From assembly GCF_009914755.1 (NCBI RefSeq), contig NC_060936.1: a stretch of DNA of 64,000 nt; one strand, written 5' to 3'. The position numbers were made by a program, and so were the translations under genes. The DNA is from the human T2T-CHM13v2.0 reference genome, Homo sapiens. Shown here piece by piece: positions 32,167 to 45,166 of the stretch; the first letter of the stretch is position 1; each line of letters starts with the position of its first letter. The notes beneath the pieces were generated by a model. It saw only the letters and a list, made by a program, of their open reading frames with translations. It had not been told where the DNA came from and did no database searches.

Positions 32167-34475
32167 TGTTATGGTTTGGCTGTGTCCCCACCCAAATCTC
32201 ATCTTGAATTGTAACTCCCACAATTCCCATGTGTCATGGGAGGAACCCGGTGGGAGGTAATTGACTCATGAGGGTGGGTCTTTCCCATGCTTTTCTCATG
32301 ACAGAGAATAAGTCTTACAAGATCTGATGATTTTAAAAATGGGAGCTTCCCTGCACAAGATTGATCTCTCTCTTGCCTGCTGCCATCCATGTAAGATGTG
32401 ACTTGCTCCTCATTGCCTTCTGCCATGATTGTGAGGCCTCCCCAGCCATGTGGAACTGTAAGTCCATTAAGTCTCCTTTTCTTCCCAGTTTCAGGTATGT
32501 CTTTATCAGCAGCATGAAAACAGATAAATACAGTAAATTGGTATCAGTAAAGTGGGGCACTGCTGAAGAGACACCTGAAAATGTGGAAGCAACTTTGCAA
32601 CTGGGTAACAGGCAGAGGTTGGAACAGTTTGGAGGGCTCAGAAGAAGACCAGAAAATGTGGGAAAGTTTGGCACTTCCTAGAGACTTTTTGAATGATTTT
32701 GCCCAAAATGCTTATGGATATATGGACAATAAAGTCCAGGCTGAGGTAGTCTCAGATGGAAATAAGGAACTTGTTGGGAACTGGAGCAAAGGTGATTCTT
32801 GTTATGTTTTAGCAAAGAGGCTGTGCCATTTTGCCCCCACCCTGGAGATGTGTGGAACTTTGAACTTGAGGAAGATGGTTTAGGGTATCTGGCAGAAGAA
32901 ATGTCTAAGCAGCAAAGCATTCAAGAGGTGACTTGGGTTCTGTTAAAGGCATTCAGTTTTATAAGGGAAGGAGAACATAAAACTTCGGACATAAAAGTAT
33001 CGCCTGACAATGTAATAGAAAAGAAAATCCCATTTTTCTGAGGAGAAATTCAAGCTGGCTGCAGAAACTTGCCTAAGTAACAAGGAGCTGAATGTTATTT
33101 ACCAAGACAATGGGGAAAATGTCTCCAGGGTATGTCAGAGGTCTTCATGGCAGCCCTTCCCATCACAGGCCTGGAGGTCTAGGAGGAAATAATGGTTTTG
33201 TGGGCCAGGCCCAGGGTCCTTGTGCTGTGTGCAGTCTAGAGACTTGGTGCCCTGTGTCCCAGCTGCTCCAGCCATGACTAAAAGGGGCCAAGATACAGCT
33301 TGGGCTGTGGCTTCAGAGGGTGCAAGCCCCAAGCCTTGGCAGCTTCCATGTGTTTTTGAGCCTGCAGGTACACAGAAGTAAAGAATTGAGGTTTGGGAAC
33401 CTCCACCTAGATTTCAGATGTATGGAAATGCCTGGACTTCCAGGAATAAGTTTGCTGCAGGGGCAGGGCTCTCATGGAGAACCTCTGCTAGGGCAGTGCA
33501 GAAGGGAAATGTGGGGTTAGAACCTTCACACGGAATTCCTAGTGGGGCACTACATAGTGGAACTATGAGAAGAAGGCCACCATCCTCTAGACCCCAGAAT
33601 GGTAAATCCACTGACAGCTTGCACTGTGCACCTGGTAAAGCTGTGGACACTCAATGTCAGCCCATTAAAGCAGCCAGGAGGGAGGCTGTACCCTGTGAAG
33701 GTACAGGGGCAGAGCCACCTAAGACCATGGGAACCCACCTCTTGCATCAGCATGACCTGGATATGAGACATGGAGTCAAAGGAGATCATTTTGGAGCTTT
33801 AAGATTTGACTGCCCTGCTGGATTTTGAACTTGCATGGGGCCTGTAGCCCTTCGTTTTGGCCAATTTCTCCCATTTGGAATGGCTCTCTTTACCCAATGC
33901 CTGGAACCCCATTGTACCTAGGAAGTAGCTAACTTGCTTTTGATTTTACAGTCTTGTAGGTGGAAGGGACTTGCTTTGTCTCAGATGAGACTTTGAACTG
34001 TGGACTTTTGAGTTAATGCTGAAGTGATTTAAGAATTTGGGGGACTGTTGGGAAGAAATGATTTTTGAAATGTACAAAGGATGTGACATTTGGGAGGGGC
34101 CAGGGATGGAATGATATGATTTGGCTGTGTCCCCACACAAATCTCACCTTGAATTATAACTCCCACAATTCCCATGTGTTGTGTGAGGAACCCAGTGGGA
34201 GGTAATTGAATCATGGGGGTGGGTCTTTCCTGTGCTGTTCTCATGATAGTGAATGAATCTCACGAGATCTGATGGTTTTAAAAATGAGAGTTTCCCTTCA
34301 CAGGCTCTCTCCTTCTCTTACCTGCCACCATCCACGTAAGATGTGACTTGCTCCTCCTTGCCTCTGCCATGATTGTGAGGCCTCCCCTGCCATGTGGAAC
34401 TGTAAGTCAATTAAACCTCTTTTTCTCCCAGTCTTGGGTATGTCTTTATCAGCAGCATGAAAACAAACTAATACA
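32167..34475 (+). mobile_element. Full-length THE1 (THE1B-like) MaLR: LTR 32167-32532, internal 32533-34111, LTR 34112-34475
   Basis: Two ~365-bp homologous LTRs (TG.TATG.TTTGGCTGTGTCCCCAC...AATACA) around 1.6-kb THE1-int; flanks TCAGT/TTGGT. Confidence 0.95.
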
Positions 34476-34609
34476 TTGGTTTACCTCCATAATCACATTT
34501 ATTAAATGGATGCATTTCCCAGTCAAAGTGGGATTAAAAAAATTCTTTGTATGCACTGTGTTACTTAACTATCTTCTAAGGAGCACAGAGAGACTTCAGC
34601 AAGCATTAG

Positions 34610-35412
34610 TGATACGTACTGGAGGTGGAAATACTGGGTAGAAGAGGGAGGTTCCCTGGCAAAGGCCCCACTTTCAAGCCTGGAAACCTGTGGCCCTAAA
34701 TGATAATGGGCATTCCTGTTTTCATGCCCAAAAGTTGCCTTTTGGCCCACCATGCCCCCCTATCCTGTACCCATATAAACCCCAGACCCCAGGCTCCAGA
34801 AGGAGATGAGTAAGAGACAAACAGAAGAGCAGAAGAACGCAGAACAGCATGGGAAAGGGAAGAGAAGTATCTGAATGCCGAGAGGAGTTCTGCTGGTAGT
34901 GGTTGGAGAGGAGATTGGCCACTGGATGGTGAAACTCCAGGGGAAGATCATCTTCCCACTCCATCTTCTTTCTAGTTCCCATCCATCCTGCTGAGAGCCA
35001 CCTCCACCACTCAATAAAACCCCCACATTCATCCCTCAAGCCCATGTGTAATCAGACTTTTCCTGGATGCTGGACAAGAGCCTGGGATATAGAGAGCTGT
35101 TACACTGGCCCTCTGCCCTTGCAAAAAGGCAGAAGGTCCACTGAGCTGTCTAATACTTAAGCCATCTGTAGATGGCAAGGCTAAAAGAGCACACCATAAT
35201 ACATGCCCACTTGGGCTTTGGGAGTCACAGACACCCACCCCTGGAAGCTGCCACTGGGCCAGAGCCCAGGGGTGCTCATCCTGGTTCCTGCACCTGTCCA
35301 TCTTTGTGCTTTCCCTCCTGTAAGGGGTTTGAGTGTGCATGGTGGCTGAACAAGATGAGCCACATCCCTGTCGCATGTCCAGTGAAGGGTGTCAGGGAAC
35401 TTAACCATTTCA
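34610..35412 (+). mobile_element. ERV1 solo LTR, LTR1 family
   Basis: Start TGATAC..GGAAATACTGGGTAGAAGAGGG..GGCAAAGGCCCCAC; TATAAA and AATAAA present; TSD TTAG. Confidence 0.8.
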
Positions 35413-35698
35413 TTAGGATGTTCTCAAAGGGACTTTAAAATAGATATGGACAGAGATCCAAAATATAAAACGTTCTTTAATCCCTTGACACCTAGAGTCC
35501 GCCCAAGAGGGAAAATCAATGCCATTGATAAGCTCCAGCTTGAACCATGTGATCTCTTTTTATATCAAAAGTAGCTAAGATGCAGCAGATTCTTTTATAC
35601 AATTCCCCAAGGATGAAGGAGGATAAACTGTAGACTTCAAATGGTAATCAACAAACAAATGCAATAATCCTAATTTTCCCATTTTGAAAACATACTTA

Positions 35699-36423
35699 TG
35701 AAACCACCTTAGCAAATGTTTTATATCAGTGAGAAAATTACAACAGTAAGCTAAGCTAGCCCAACCCCCATCCTGCCTCTCCCTTAATTACTCCTAGGCT
35801 ATTGGGCCAAGCTAACTTTGGAAGACATTTAGGCTAAAGTTTAAATGATAATAGGCCTTGCCCCAAATTCAACCACTTTTGTAAAACTAATGGGAGACCA
35901 TCAGGCTTGGGGAAAGAGAGGAACTTGAGTCCTGCTAAGGTGCAGACATAAACAATTGCCAGCCATTATTCTTGAGGTATAAAAAATGCAACTTCCCCAA
36001 TTAGTCATGCAAATAACACCACTATTGTAGGTTGTCCTTTTAAGATATCTTTCCAGGGTTTTTGCATGTCTCACACCCATGGCTCCACCTGGACCCCCAA
36101 CCCAGCTCCTGTGGCTCCACCCAGAATCAATTCAGCATGCAGGAGGACAGCTTCGACCCCCTATTATTTCATCTCTGCCACAACCAATCAGCAGCAAGCA
36201 CCTGATACCTGACCACCTCTACCCCCTCCAAACTGTTTTTGAAGGACCCCTAGCTGCCTTTGAAAACAACCTACGAGCTCTGAACAAGATGAGAAATGAC
36301 CTGAGTACAAACTCCATCTCCTACTTGGTGTGGCTGGCTCCTTGTCTTCTAAACTCTTTCTGTGCTACAATGCCATGGTCTTTCTTTATGCAGTGGGCAG
36401 GAAGAACCCCATGGGTGGTTACG
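35699..36423 (+). mobile_element. ERV1 solo LTR, LTR26/LTR8-like
   Basis: Start TGAAACCACCTTAGCAAA, end GCAGTGGGCAGGAAGAACCCATGGGTGGTTACG; TSD CTTA. Confidence 0.75.
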
Positions 36424-36775
36424 CTTATTACTCAAATGTTCTCTTTGGTCTTATTTACTCAGCTTTGCTTGACTAATTGTTCACATAAGAAATGTTTCTT
36501 ATCCATAAAGCCCAAATTAATGATGTTCTCAGTAACTGAGAATATTTTTACTGTCCTTTCTATATTTACATCATTTACATACTCTTTGGAGTAATTTTTT
36601 TTCAGATAATCTCTTGGCCAATTCCCCACCCTTCATATTGACCTTGCCATTCTCAATTCCCCTTTTTATAAGACTTAGAATTTTATAATATAATATTATA
36701 ATTTTGTGTTTAATTAGTTTTTATTAGATTCTCCTATTTCTTGCATAGCACAAGAAAGTCCATATATTATCTTAT

Positions 36776-37297
36776 TGATACAGGATTTTTTTGCTCCTTA
36801 GTTCAGCTAAATCTGGGTTCTTGTCTCATGACCAGGAAGAATTAGTTACATGGACATCAAAGCATCAGTGGAGTAGAATTTATTAAGTGAAAGGGGAGCG
36901 CTCAACAAAGAGTAGGGTCCCGTCAGCAGGTTCTCACCTCCCAGTGGAGTCCCAAGACTTCCACACAGGAGCTGAAAAAGCTAGACTCCTCCCCAGCATA
37001 AGGTGCAGATTCCTGGCAGCTCTGCCCTGTTCCCCTCAGTGTGCATATGGGCATGCCCAGGGAAGCCGTTGGTAGTATCAGAAAAGGCAACATTTGATTG
37101 AAAAAAGGCATTATCCAGAAATAATCGATCAGGAAAGGGCAGGCAAATAGGGCAGTTCTCCCTCTGAGTCACAGGTTTTCGTCTGGGACCAGCAGTTTGG
37201 TCTTTTAGCCTTCAGGCTGTTTTAGACTTGAAGGTAGGGTTTTGCTGGGGACCCTTCCTTATCTGCCTAGGCATGTGGCTGTCTCCTGCCTCTATCA
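36776..37297 (-). mobile_element. ERV1 solo LTR, MER61-like
   Basis: TG...CA termini, TSD TTAT; minus strand starts TGATAGAGGCAGGAGACAGCCACATGCCTAGGCAGATAAGG. Confidence 0.65.
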
Positions 37298-37540
37298 TTA
37301 TTACAAAATATTGGTTTGCTATGCTGTGCCTCAATTCAGTTGAATTGGGTCTTTCCAGCAACTGGCTGACCTGAAGCTCCAAAAAACAAAAGGTTGCATT
37401 TTATTTCTGATGATAAGGATATATTAGTACACATTTCCAATGGCTAAACCTGTTTTCCACACCTGTCCTCCCTCAGGCCATGTCCCTCTGACTCATTCAC
37501 CTTGCTCAGTATGTGGCTAGAAAGTGAATCCTTTCTAGAT

Positions 37541-37546
37541 TTTCCT

Positions 37547-37614
<68 letters not shown>

Positions 37615-37719
37615 TCCTTCCTTCCTTCCTTCCTTCCTTCCTTCCTTCCTTCCTTCTCTCTCTCTCTCTCTCTCTCTCCCCTATTCCCTTCCCTTCCCTT
37701 CCCTTCCTTTCTTTCTCCC
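37541..37719. repeat. Compound polypyrimidine microsatellite (TTTC)n(TTCC)n(TC)n(TTCCC)n
   Basis: Directly visible. Confidence 0.97.
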
Positions 37720-38140
37720 ATTACTGTTGACAGAAGATATTTGGGTAGAGATAGTATAAAGAAGCCTTCAAAAATAGTAGAATACATTGCTTGGGATTAA
37801 CAACATTCTGTGTGTCTCCAGAATACAATTGCTGAATACAAGAGGAGCAAAAACACCAACAGAGTGTCATGATCATGGCAACTCCTGATGTCTATAAAAA
37901 GCACATAAGATTTTGGGAGCTTGGAAACTTATCTGTATCAAACTTCTGATCTGTTAATTCATGGAAAATCTCAATTGGATAGTTGTTTTCCTGTTGCCCA
38001 CTTCTCTGGAATAGCTGCCTTCAGAGAAGAAATGAATGGCACTAATTTTCCATTATCAATAATAAAGATGAGCACAACTAATGAAGCTAAATAACATCCA
38101 CTAATCAAAGCCCAATTAATAACACTCCAAGAGATGATTC

Positions 38141-39643
38141 TTTTTTTTTTATTATTTATTTATTTTTTTATTGATCATTCTTGGGTGTTTCTCGCAGAGG
38201 GGGATTTGGCAGGGTCATAGGACAATAGTGGAGGGAAGGTCAGCAGATAAACAAGTGAACAAAGGTCTCTGGTTTTCCTAGGCAGAGGACCCTGCGACCT
38301 TCCGCAGTGTTTGTGTCCCTGGGTACTTGAGATTAGGGAGTGGTGATAACTCTTAACGAGCATGTTGCCTTCAAGCATCTGTTTAACAAAGCACATCTTG
38401 CACCGCCCTTAATCCATTTAACCCTGAGTGGACACAGCACATGTTTCAGAGAGCACCGGGTTGGGGGTAAGGTCATAAATCAACAGCATCCCAAGGCAGA
38501 AGAATTTTTCTTAGTACAGAACAAAATGGAGTCTCCTGTGTCTACTTCTTTCTACACAGACACAGCAACAATCTGATTTCTCTATCTTATCCCCACATTT
38601 CCCCCTTTTCTATTCGACAAAACCACCACGTCATCATGGCCTGTTCTCAATGAGCTGTTGGGTACACCTCCCAGACGGGGTGGTGGCTGGGCAGAGGGGC
38701 TCCTCACTTCCCAGAAGGGGTGGCCAGGCAGAGGCGCCCCCCACCTCCTGGATGGGGTGGCTGGCCGGGCGGGAGCTGGCCCCCCACCTCCCTCCCAGAT
38801 GGGGTGGCTGGCCGGGCAGGGGCTGGCCCCCACCTCCCTCCCGGACGGGGCGGCTGGCAGGGTGGGGGCTGACCCCCCACTTCCTGGACGGGGTGGCTGC
38901 TGGGTGGAGACACTCCTCACTTCCCAGATGGGGTGGCTGCCAGGCGGAGGGGCTCCTCACTTCTCAGATGGGGCGGCCGGGCAGAGACGCTCCTCACCTC
39001 CCAGACGGGGTCGTGGCCGGGCAGAGGCGCTCCTCACATCCCAAACGGGGCAGCGGGGCAGTGGCGCTCCCCACATCTCAGACGATGGGAGGCTGGGCAG
39101 AGACGCTCCTCACTTCCTAGACGGGATGGCGGCGGGGAAGAGGCGCTCCTCACTTCCCAGACTGGGCGGCCAGGCAGAGATGCTCCTCACTTCCCAGACG
39201 GGGTGGTGGCCGGGCAGAGGCTGCAATCTCGGCACTTTGGGAGGCCAAGGCAGGCGGCTGGGAGGTGGAGGTTGTAGCGAGCCGAGATCACGCCACTGCA
39301 CTCCAGCCTGGGCAACATTGAGCACTGAGTGAATGAGACTCCATCTGCAATCCCGGCACCTCGGGGGGCCGAGGCTGGCAGATCACTCCCGGTTGGGAGC
39401 TGGAGACCAGTCCGGCCAACACAGCGAAACCCCGTCTCCACCAAAAAAATATGAAAACCCGTCAGGCGTGGCGGCGCACGCCTGCAATCGCAGGCACTCG
39501 GCAGGTTGAGGCAGGAGAATCAGGCAGGGAGGTTGCAGTGAGCAGAGATGGCGGCAGTACAGTCTAGCTTCGGCTGGGCATCAGAGGGAGACCGTGGAAA
39601 GGGGAGAAGGAGAGAGAGAGGGGGAGGGGGAGGGGGAGGGGGA
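38141..39643 (-). mobile_element. SVA retrotransposon (older B/C-like), full structure
   Basis: Poly(T), SINE-R (~38175-38670), VNTR (~38670-39220), Alu-like (~39220-39600), hexamer region; 16-bp TSD CCAAGAGA(T/C)GATTCTT at 38127 and 39644. Confidence 0.97.
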
Positions 39644-40453
39644 CCAAGAGACGATTCTTATGTTTTAAAAAAAACTGGTTAAATTTGCTTATCAGAAGAG
39701 GGTTCCATTTACTACTAAAATGGCTTGTCATACTTTCATAGTCCTAAAATGTTTAAAAATTGTAAATTAAAATTTTAAATGAGGTAAAGGAATGAAAGTT
39801 TCACCTTAGAAGAAAAATAAACTAAAAACTTCATAATCAACAATATTTGCTTGTACTTTGATTTTTAAAACCTTGATGTTTACTTAGACTGTTTATTTTT
39901 AATTAACAATATTTGCCTTATGCAGATGCCTTTTCTCTGTGGAAGATTTATATCTTTAGCTATCTCCCCAACAGAGGAGATAACCCTACAGAGTTTTTAA
40001 GAGATTTATGATGAGCAAATTGAAAAACTAGTGGGAACATTGGGGAAAAACAAGCGATCAGCCCAGTACAGTGCATACAATATTGGAGAATGGGGTTCTA
40101 GCGTCAGTTTTGCTCGCAGCTAGCAGCAATGCGATCTTGGTCAAGTTGTGGACTATTGTGACTTACCTTAAAAATGAGAGGTTGTAGTAACAGAAGGCCC
40201 TTCACTTCTCATACATCTCTCATTCTATGTTTAGCTGGTTTAATCTTTGTAGCTCCAGAATTCCAACACTCTAGCAATGAGAGAACATTTATAGAAACAG
40301 TGAATTATTTTGGTGTTAATTGCCTTAGAGAAAAATTAGTAATGATGATAACACCATGTAATGGAGAGGAATACAGAGCCAAGAGCTGGGGCATTGTTAG
40401 GAGTACTGGGGAGAAATGTACTATGGTGAGATTATGCCAGAAGGATAGGGGGA

Positions 40454-40868
40454 TGATATAGTTTGGAAGTTTGTCCCCATCAAAAGCTCATGTTGAAATG
40501 TGATCCCCCAATGTTGGAGGTGGGGCATATTGGGAGGTGTTTGGGTCATGGGGTCAGATCCCTCATAAATGGCTTGGTGCCCTTCGTGAGGTAATGAGTG
40601 ATTTTTTACTCTATTAGTTCACTCGATAGCTGATTGTTTAAAAGAGCATGGCACCCCTTCCTCTTGCTCCCTCTCTCACCATGTGACATGCCGGCTCCCC
40701 TGACCCTTCCACTGTGATTGGAAGTTTCCTGAGGTTCTCACCAGAGGCAAGTGCTGGTGCCATGCTTCTTGTACAGCCTGCGAAATTATGAGGGAAAGAA
40801 ACCTCTTTTCCTTATAAATTACCCAGCCTCAGGTATTCCTTTATGGCAACACAAAACATACTACGACA
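40454..40868 (+). mobile_element. MSTB-like MaLR solo LTR
   Basis: TGATATAGTTTGG..CTCATGTTGAAATGTGATCCCC..TATAAATTACCCAGCCTCAGGTATTCC..GACA. Confidence 0.85.
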
Positions 40869-41904
40869 GGAAAGAATCAAAAAGTGAGGTGTGCTCTAGC
40901 AAGAGGGAGTCATGAAGAGTGCAAAATTGAGTAGGTGAGAATTGAGTCAGAATGGCTGAATTTTATGAGAGGGTCCTTTGAATAATAGAGATAGACTCCA
41001 GAGCATAGGCAGAGAAAATATATGAGGCAAGTGATTGTCAACTACTTGTACTAGAAAATAATTTAGGCTTGCCATGTGATTTGTTCTGGAGAATAGAATG
41101 TAAGTAGAAGTGATTGTGCCATTTATAGAACAAGGTCATTTGCTAAATGATATTTTTGTCCCCCTCTCTCTCCTCTGTCCATATATTCAGGAAGAAAAGA
41201 CTGTAGGATAATGAAGCCAGGTAGTGGAAAGAACTCTAATTCGTTAGTCAGTAGTAGAGGAAAGCTAATGGACTACATTCAGGAGTGCCACTAGACCACA
41301 CAGGACTTTGTGCAAATGAGAACTAAATTTTTACTATTAGCCACTGAGAGTTGGAGGTTGTTTTTTAATAGCAGCAAAATAGCTGACCAAAACAAATTAG
41401 TAGCAGGAGTGGGAGCTTTGTAGGTATGCAATATTGGCTGAGCATCTACATATTTCTTGCTGTACACTTGTGCCAACACTTGATATGGTCAGTCTTTTAA
41501 ACTTTAGCTCTTCTAGTAAGTTATAGTAGTATTTCACCGTGCTTTCAGTTTGCCTTTCCCAAAGAATTAATGATCTTGATCACCTTTTTGTGTGCTTATT
41601 TTCTATCTTTATTTTCTTTGAAGGAATGTCTGTTCAAATCTTTTGCCCATTAAAAAAACTTGGGTTGTTTGTTTTCTGTTATCAAGCTTTGAGAGTTCTT
41701 TATGTTCCAGACACATATAAAGTGTCCAGATGAGATATATAATTTCCAAATATTTTCTCCCTGTCTGTGGCTTTTCTTTCCATTCTCTTAACATTTACAC
41801 ACAGTGTTTGAATGTGGAATGTTTATGGTTGAATGTTAAGAGAATGGAAAGAGAAGCCACAGACTGAGCACATTCTCAAAATATTCTGTGTGTTCTGAAG
41901 AGCA

Positions 41905-42650
41905 TGGAAAGGAAAATAAAAAAATCTCAGGACTCCCAAACTCATTACACCAAAGGGAAAGTTAAACCTGGAGACCGAATCACATAACACCACCATCCTT
42001 TTCCCAAATGAATAGCTGTTACTTCGCAATCTTGTATCAGAGCCATACATTAGCCAGGCCTCGACAGAAAGAAGGCCTCAGGTATCTCTGGATGACTATC
42101 CTCGCAAATTGTTCATAAGTAAACTATTTGCTGGCCTTGAAACCTTTCAAGATGTACATCCTCCCATAAAATAAGGATGGTCAATTGTACTTTTAACTCT
42201 CAATTTAAGTCTAGCTCCTAAAACTAAAGTTTGTTAGATTTCACACTGATAATGTCAATTACAAGCTTATCTTCCCAGGTGCAGAACAAAGACAAGATGA
42301 GCTCAATCTTTCCTCCACCTACCGGAGACACCTGCATAATTGATTCTTTTACTCCCTTTTTCCTTGAATGTTTACCTTATCGTATGTAAAATGCAGATTT
42401 ACTGGACACTAATTAAAGTATCACAAAAATGTAACCATTTGCCTCATGCCCTACCACTCCACCCACTTTCTACATGTCTTCTCCCCCTCAAAGAAATGTA
42501 TAAACACTGACCCTGCTACAAACCTCTTCAGACACCACAGGCCACAGACGTTTTTGTGACTTGTATTTTTTCTGGGCATACCCTCAAGCTTTGGCTCAAT
42601 AAACCTCGACTGACTGAGACTGTTGCTTCAGTCTCTAATTTTGGTTAAGA
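41905..42650 (+). mobile_element. MER4-family solo LTR inserted in an old L1M fragment
   Basis: Start TGGAAAGGAAAATAAA..CCCAAACTCA..CCAAAGGGAAAG; TSD AGCA; L1 text GAAGAGCA|GAAGTTTTAAATTTTGATGAAG rejoins across it. Confidence 0.8.
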
Positions 42651-43920
42651 AGCAGAAGTTTTAAATTTTGATGAAGCCCAATTCATTATATTTATTGTGA
42701 TGATAGATTAATGAAGGTCAATAAATACTTAAAATGTACAATTTGAGAAGATTCGACACATACCAAATCTTATCAAATTGTATGCTTTAAATATGTGCAA
42801 TTTATTGTTTGTCAATTGTACTTTGATAAAGTTGTTTTACAAAGGGTGAGGGGAATAAAGAGAGTTCAGTAATTCAGGGTCTGCAGGTATGGAAGGCTAA
42901 TTGCTTCTAGATCCTGTCAGTAAGAGAAACAGTAGTCCTACAAACTTTCCACATTAATTAAATGACTCAGCATAAAGAGAGGACTAAGGATGTGGTCTTC
43001 CCATCCACTGTGCTATGTAGTCTCACAAAATCACAGTGAAATTGGTAAGAGACATGCTGGGAAACTGGGGTAGGGGGAAGGAATAAATAAAATAAATGAG
43101 GCTGAGAATTATATCTAGTATAAACTTTGAGTATGGCTACCATCACATGGAACTAAGTGCAATCAGAGCTAAGAAGCCTACTAGGCTTTTGCAGGAATTA
43201 AATTGCCAAAGAAACCCAGAACCTATAATAAAAAGCCTTTTACTGTTCAGGATTTCGTTATTTTGTCTCCAGCATTCTATAAACAGAAGGTACCTTTGAC
43301 AACGAAACAGCTCCGAAGATGGGCATCCTCATCACTATTCATTTCAGGTGCAGTCTAAAAAGATAAGGGGAGCTCCTATAGGGTACAGCACAGGTCAAAA
43401 AGAACAAGGGGCAAAGCAGATCCTTGCAGAAGGCAGCAATGGCAGAGTGTGAAAGTTTCTGTCCTGCCAGGGCAGAGAGACTTCACAGTGTCTTCTCTTG
43501 AGAATTCAGAATTGCTGTTGGTGAGTGACTGCTCTGTTTCCAATTCTTCCCCTTTCTGTAGGGGTGTCAGGTGCCAGTGTCTTGACCCTGTACTACCATC
43601 ATATCCTGAGCATGTGTCTGGAGGGGGTAGAACCTGCATTTTAGTTTGTGGCAAACACCAGGAAGCTCCATATCTGGATCTGATGGATAAGACTTAGAGA
43701 CTGGATTCTTATAACCACTCTTTGAGGTATGAATAATGATTTCCTCAATTTTACAGAGCAGAGAGTGGATAAGCAACATGCCTGAAGTCCATACAGCTAG
43801 TCAATGAACACTGGATGCTGAATTAACCTGGCTGAGTCTTTGGGTTGCCTTCCTGAGGAGAGGTGTTTTCTGCAAGTGGGAAGGAGGGAGCAAATGAGTA
43901 CTTAGTGACTAAAAGGCAGA

Positions 43921-44359
43921 GTGTGGCAGGGACTATCAATGCCACTGAATGATGTCCTTGTGTTACTTCTCCATTTTCTAGCCTCCTTTGCAATTAAATT
44001 GGCCATGTGACAAGTTCGGAAGAATAGAATATGTTATGAAGTGATATATGCCACTTCTGAGTTAAGCAGGTTAAGTATCTGGTACGCATTCCCTAATCTC
44101 TCTCTCTCACTTGCTCTCTATTTATCTGTCTTTCCCTCTCTTATTTGTGGGCTTGGAAGTAAAGGGCTCAAAGATGGCTTGATCATATGATAGAAGGAGC
44201 TGGGATCCCTGAGTTTTAGCTGGAGGAATGCTGCCCTGCAGGGCTGCCCGGGCTTTGCTGGACTTTATGTGAATGGAAAATAAACCTATGCTGTTTTAAG
44301 TCACTGAGATTTGGGGCTGTTTATTGCAATGACTAGAATTAATTACTCTGACCAAGACC
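43921..44359 (+). mobile_element. Old MaLR LTR (MLT1J-like)
   Basis: AGCCTCCTTTGCAATTA..GGCCATGTGAC, AATAAACC..TTTAAGTCACTGAGATTTGGGG. Confidence 0.6.
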
Positions 44360-44623
44360 AATATTATAGTAATTGTGTAAAGGTGTCTAGCACATTCTCC
44401 ACATTTTCCTACAGTCTCTGTACTTAATCACTTGGAAGATAATGGCTGTGAAGCTATCAAATCTTCACATTTTCCAAAAATTTATGACTCAGTTGCTTTT
44501 TTTTTTTTTTAAAAAGATGAGAAACAGCACTAATTTAAGGTATGTTTTTCTTTTGAAAACATAAACACTTGAATGTCATTATCTTTAAGTTGAAAAGTAT
44601 GATATAGAAAGTCAGAGAAAAGG

Positions 44624-44930
<307 letters not shown>

Positions 44931-45166
44931 TTATTTATGTATCTATGGCTTGGGACATGTAGCTTCTGATCAGATTTCTAAACAAGGACAAAACTACTGA
45001 AGGAGAAAGTATATATTAAAAGCCTAGAGCCTGAAATCAAGTCTGTTGTCCATTCACTAGCTGTGTGGACTTTGGGTAAGTCACTTAACCATCCTCTGCC
45101 CTGCATAATTATGAAAATGATTGTTCATACCTCAAAATGTTGTTATGATAATTACATGAGTTAATG

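Noticed and set aside
36079-36594. 171-aa ATG ORF
   Set aside because: Mostly within an LTR, no recognisable domain
38582-39444. Overlapping 100-224 aa ORFs and CRISPR-like periodicity
   Set aside because: SVA VNTR; GC-rich tandem repeats without unique spacers
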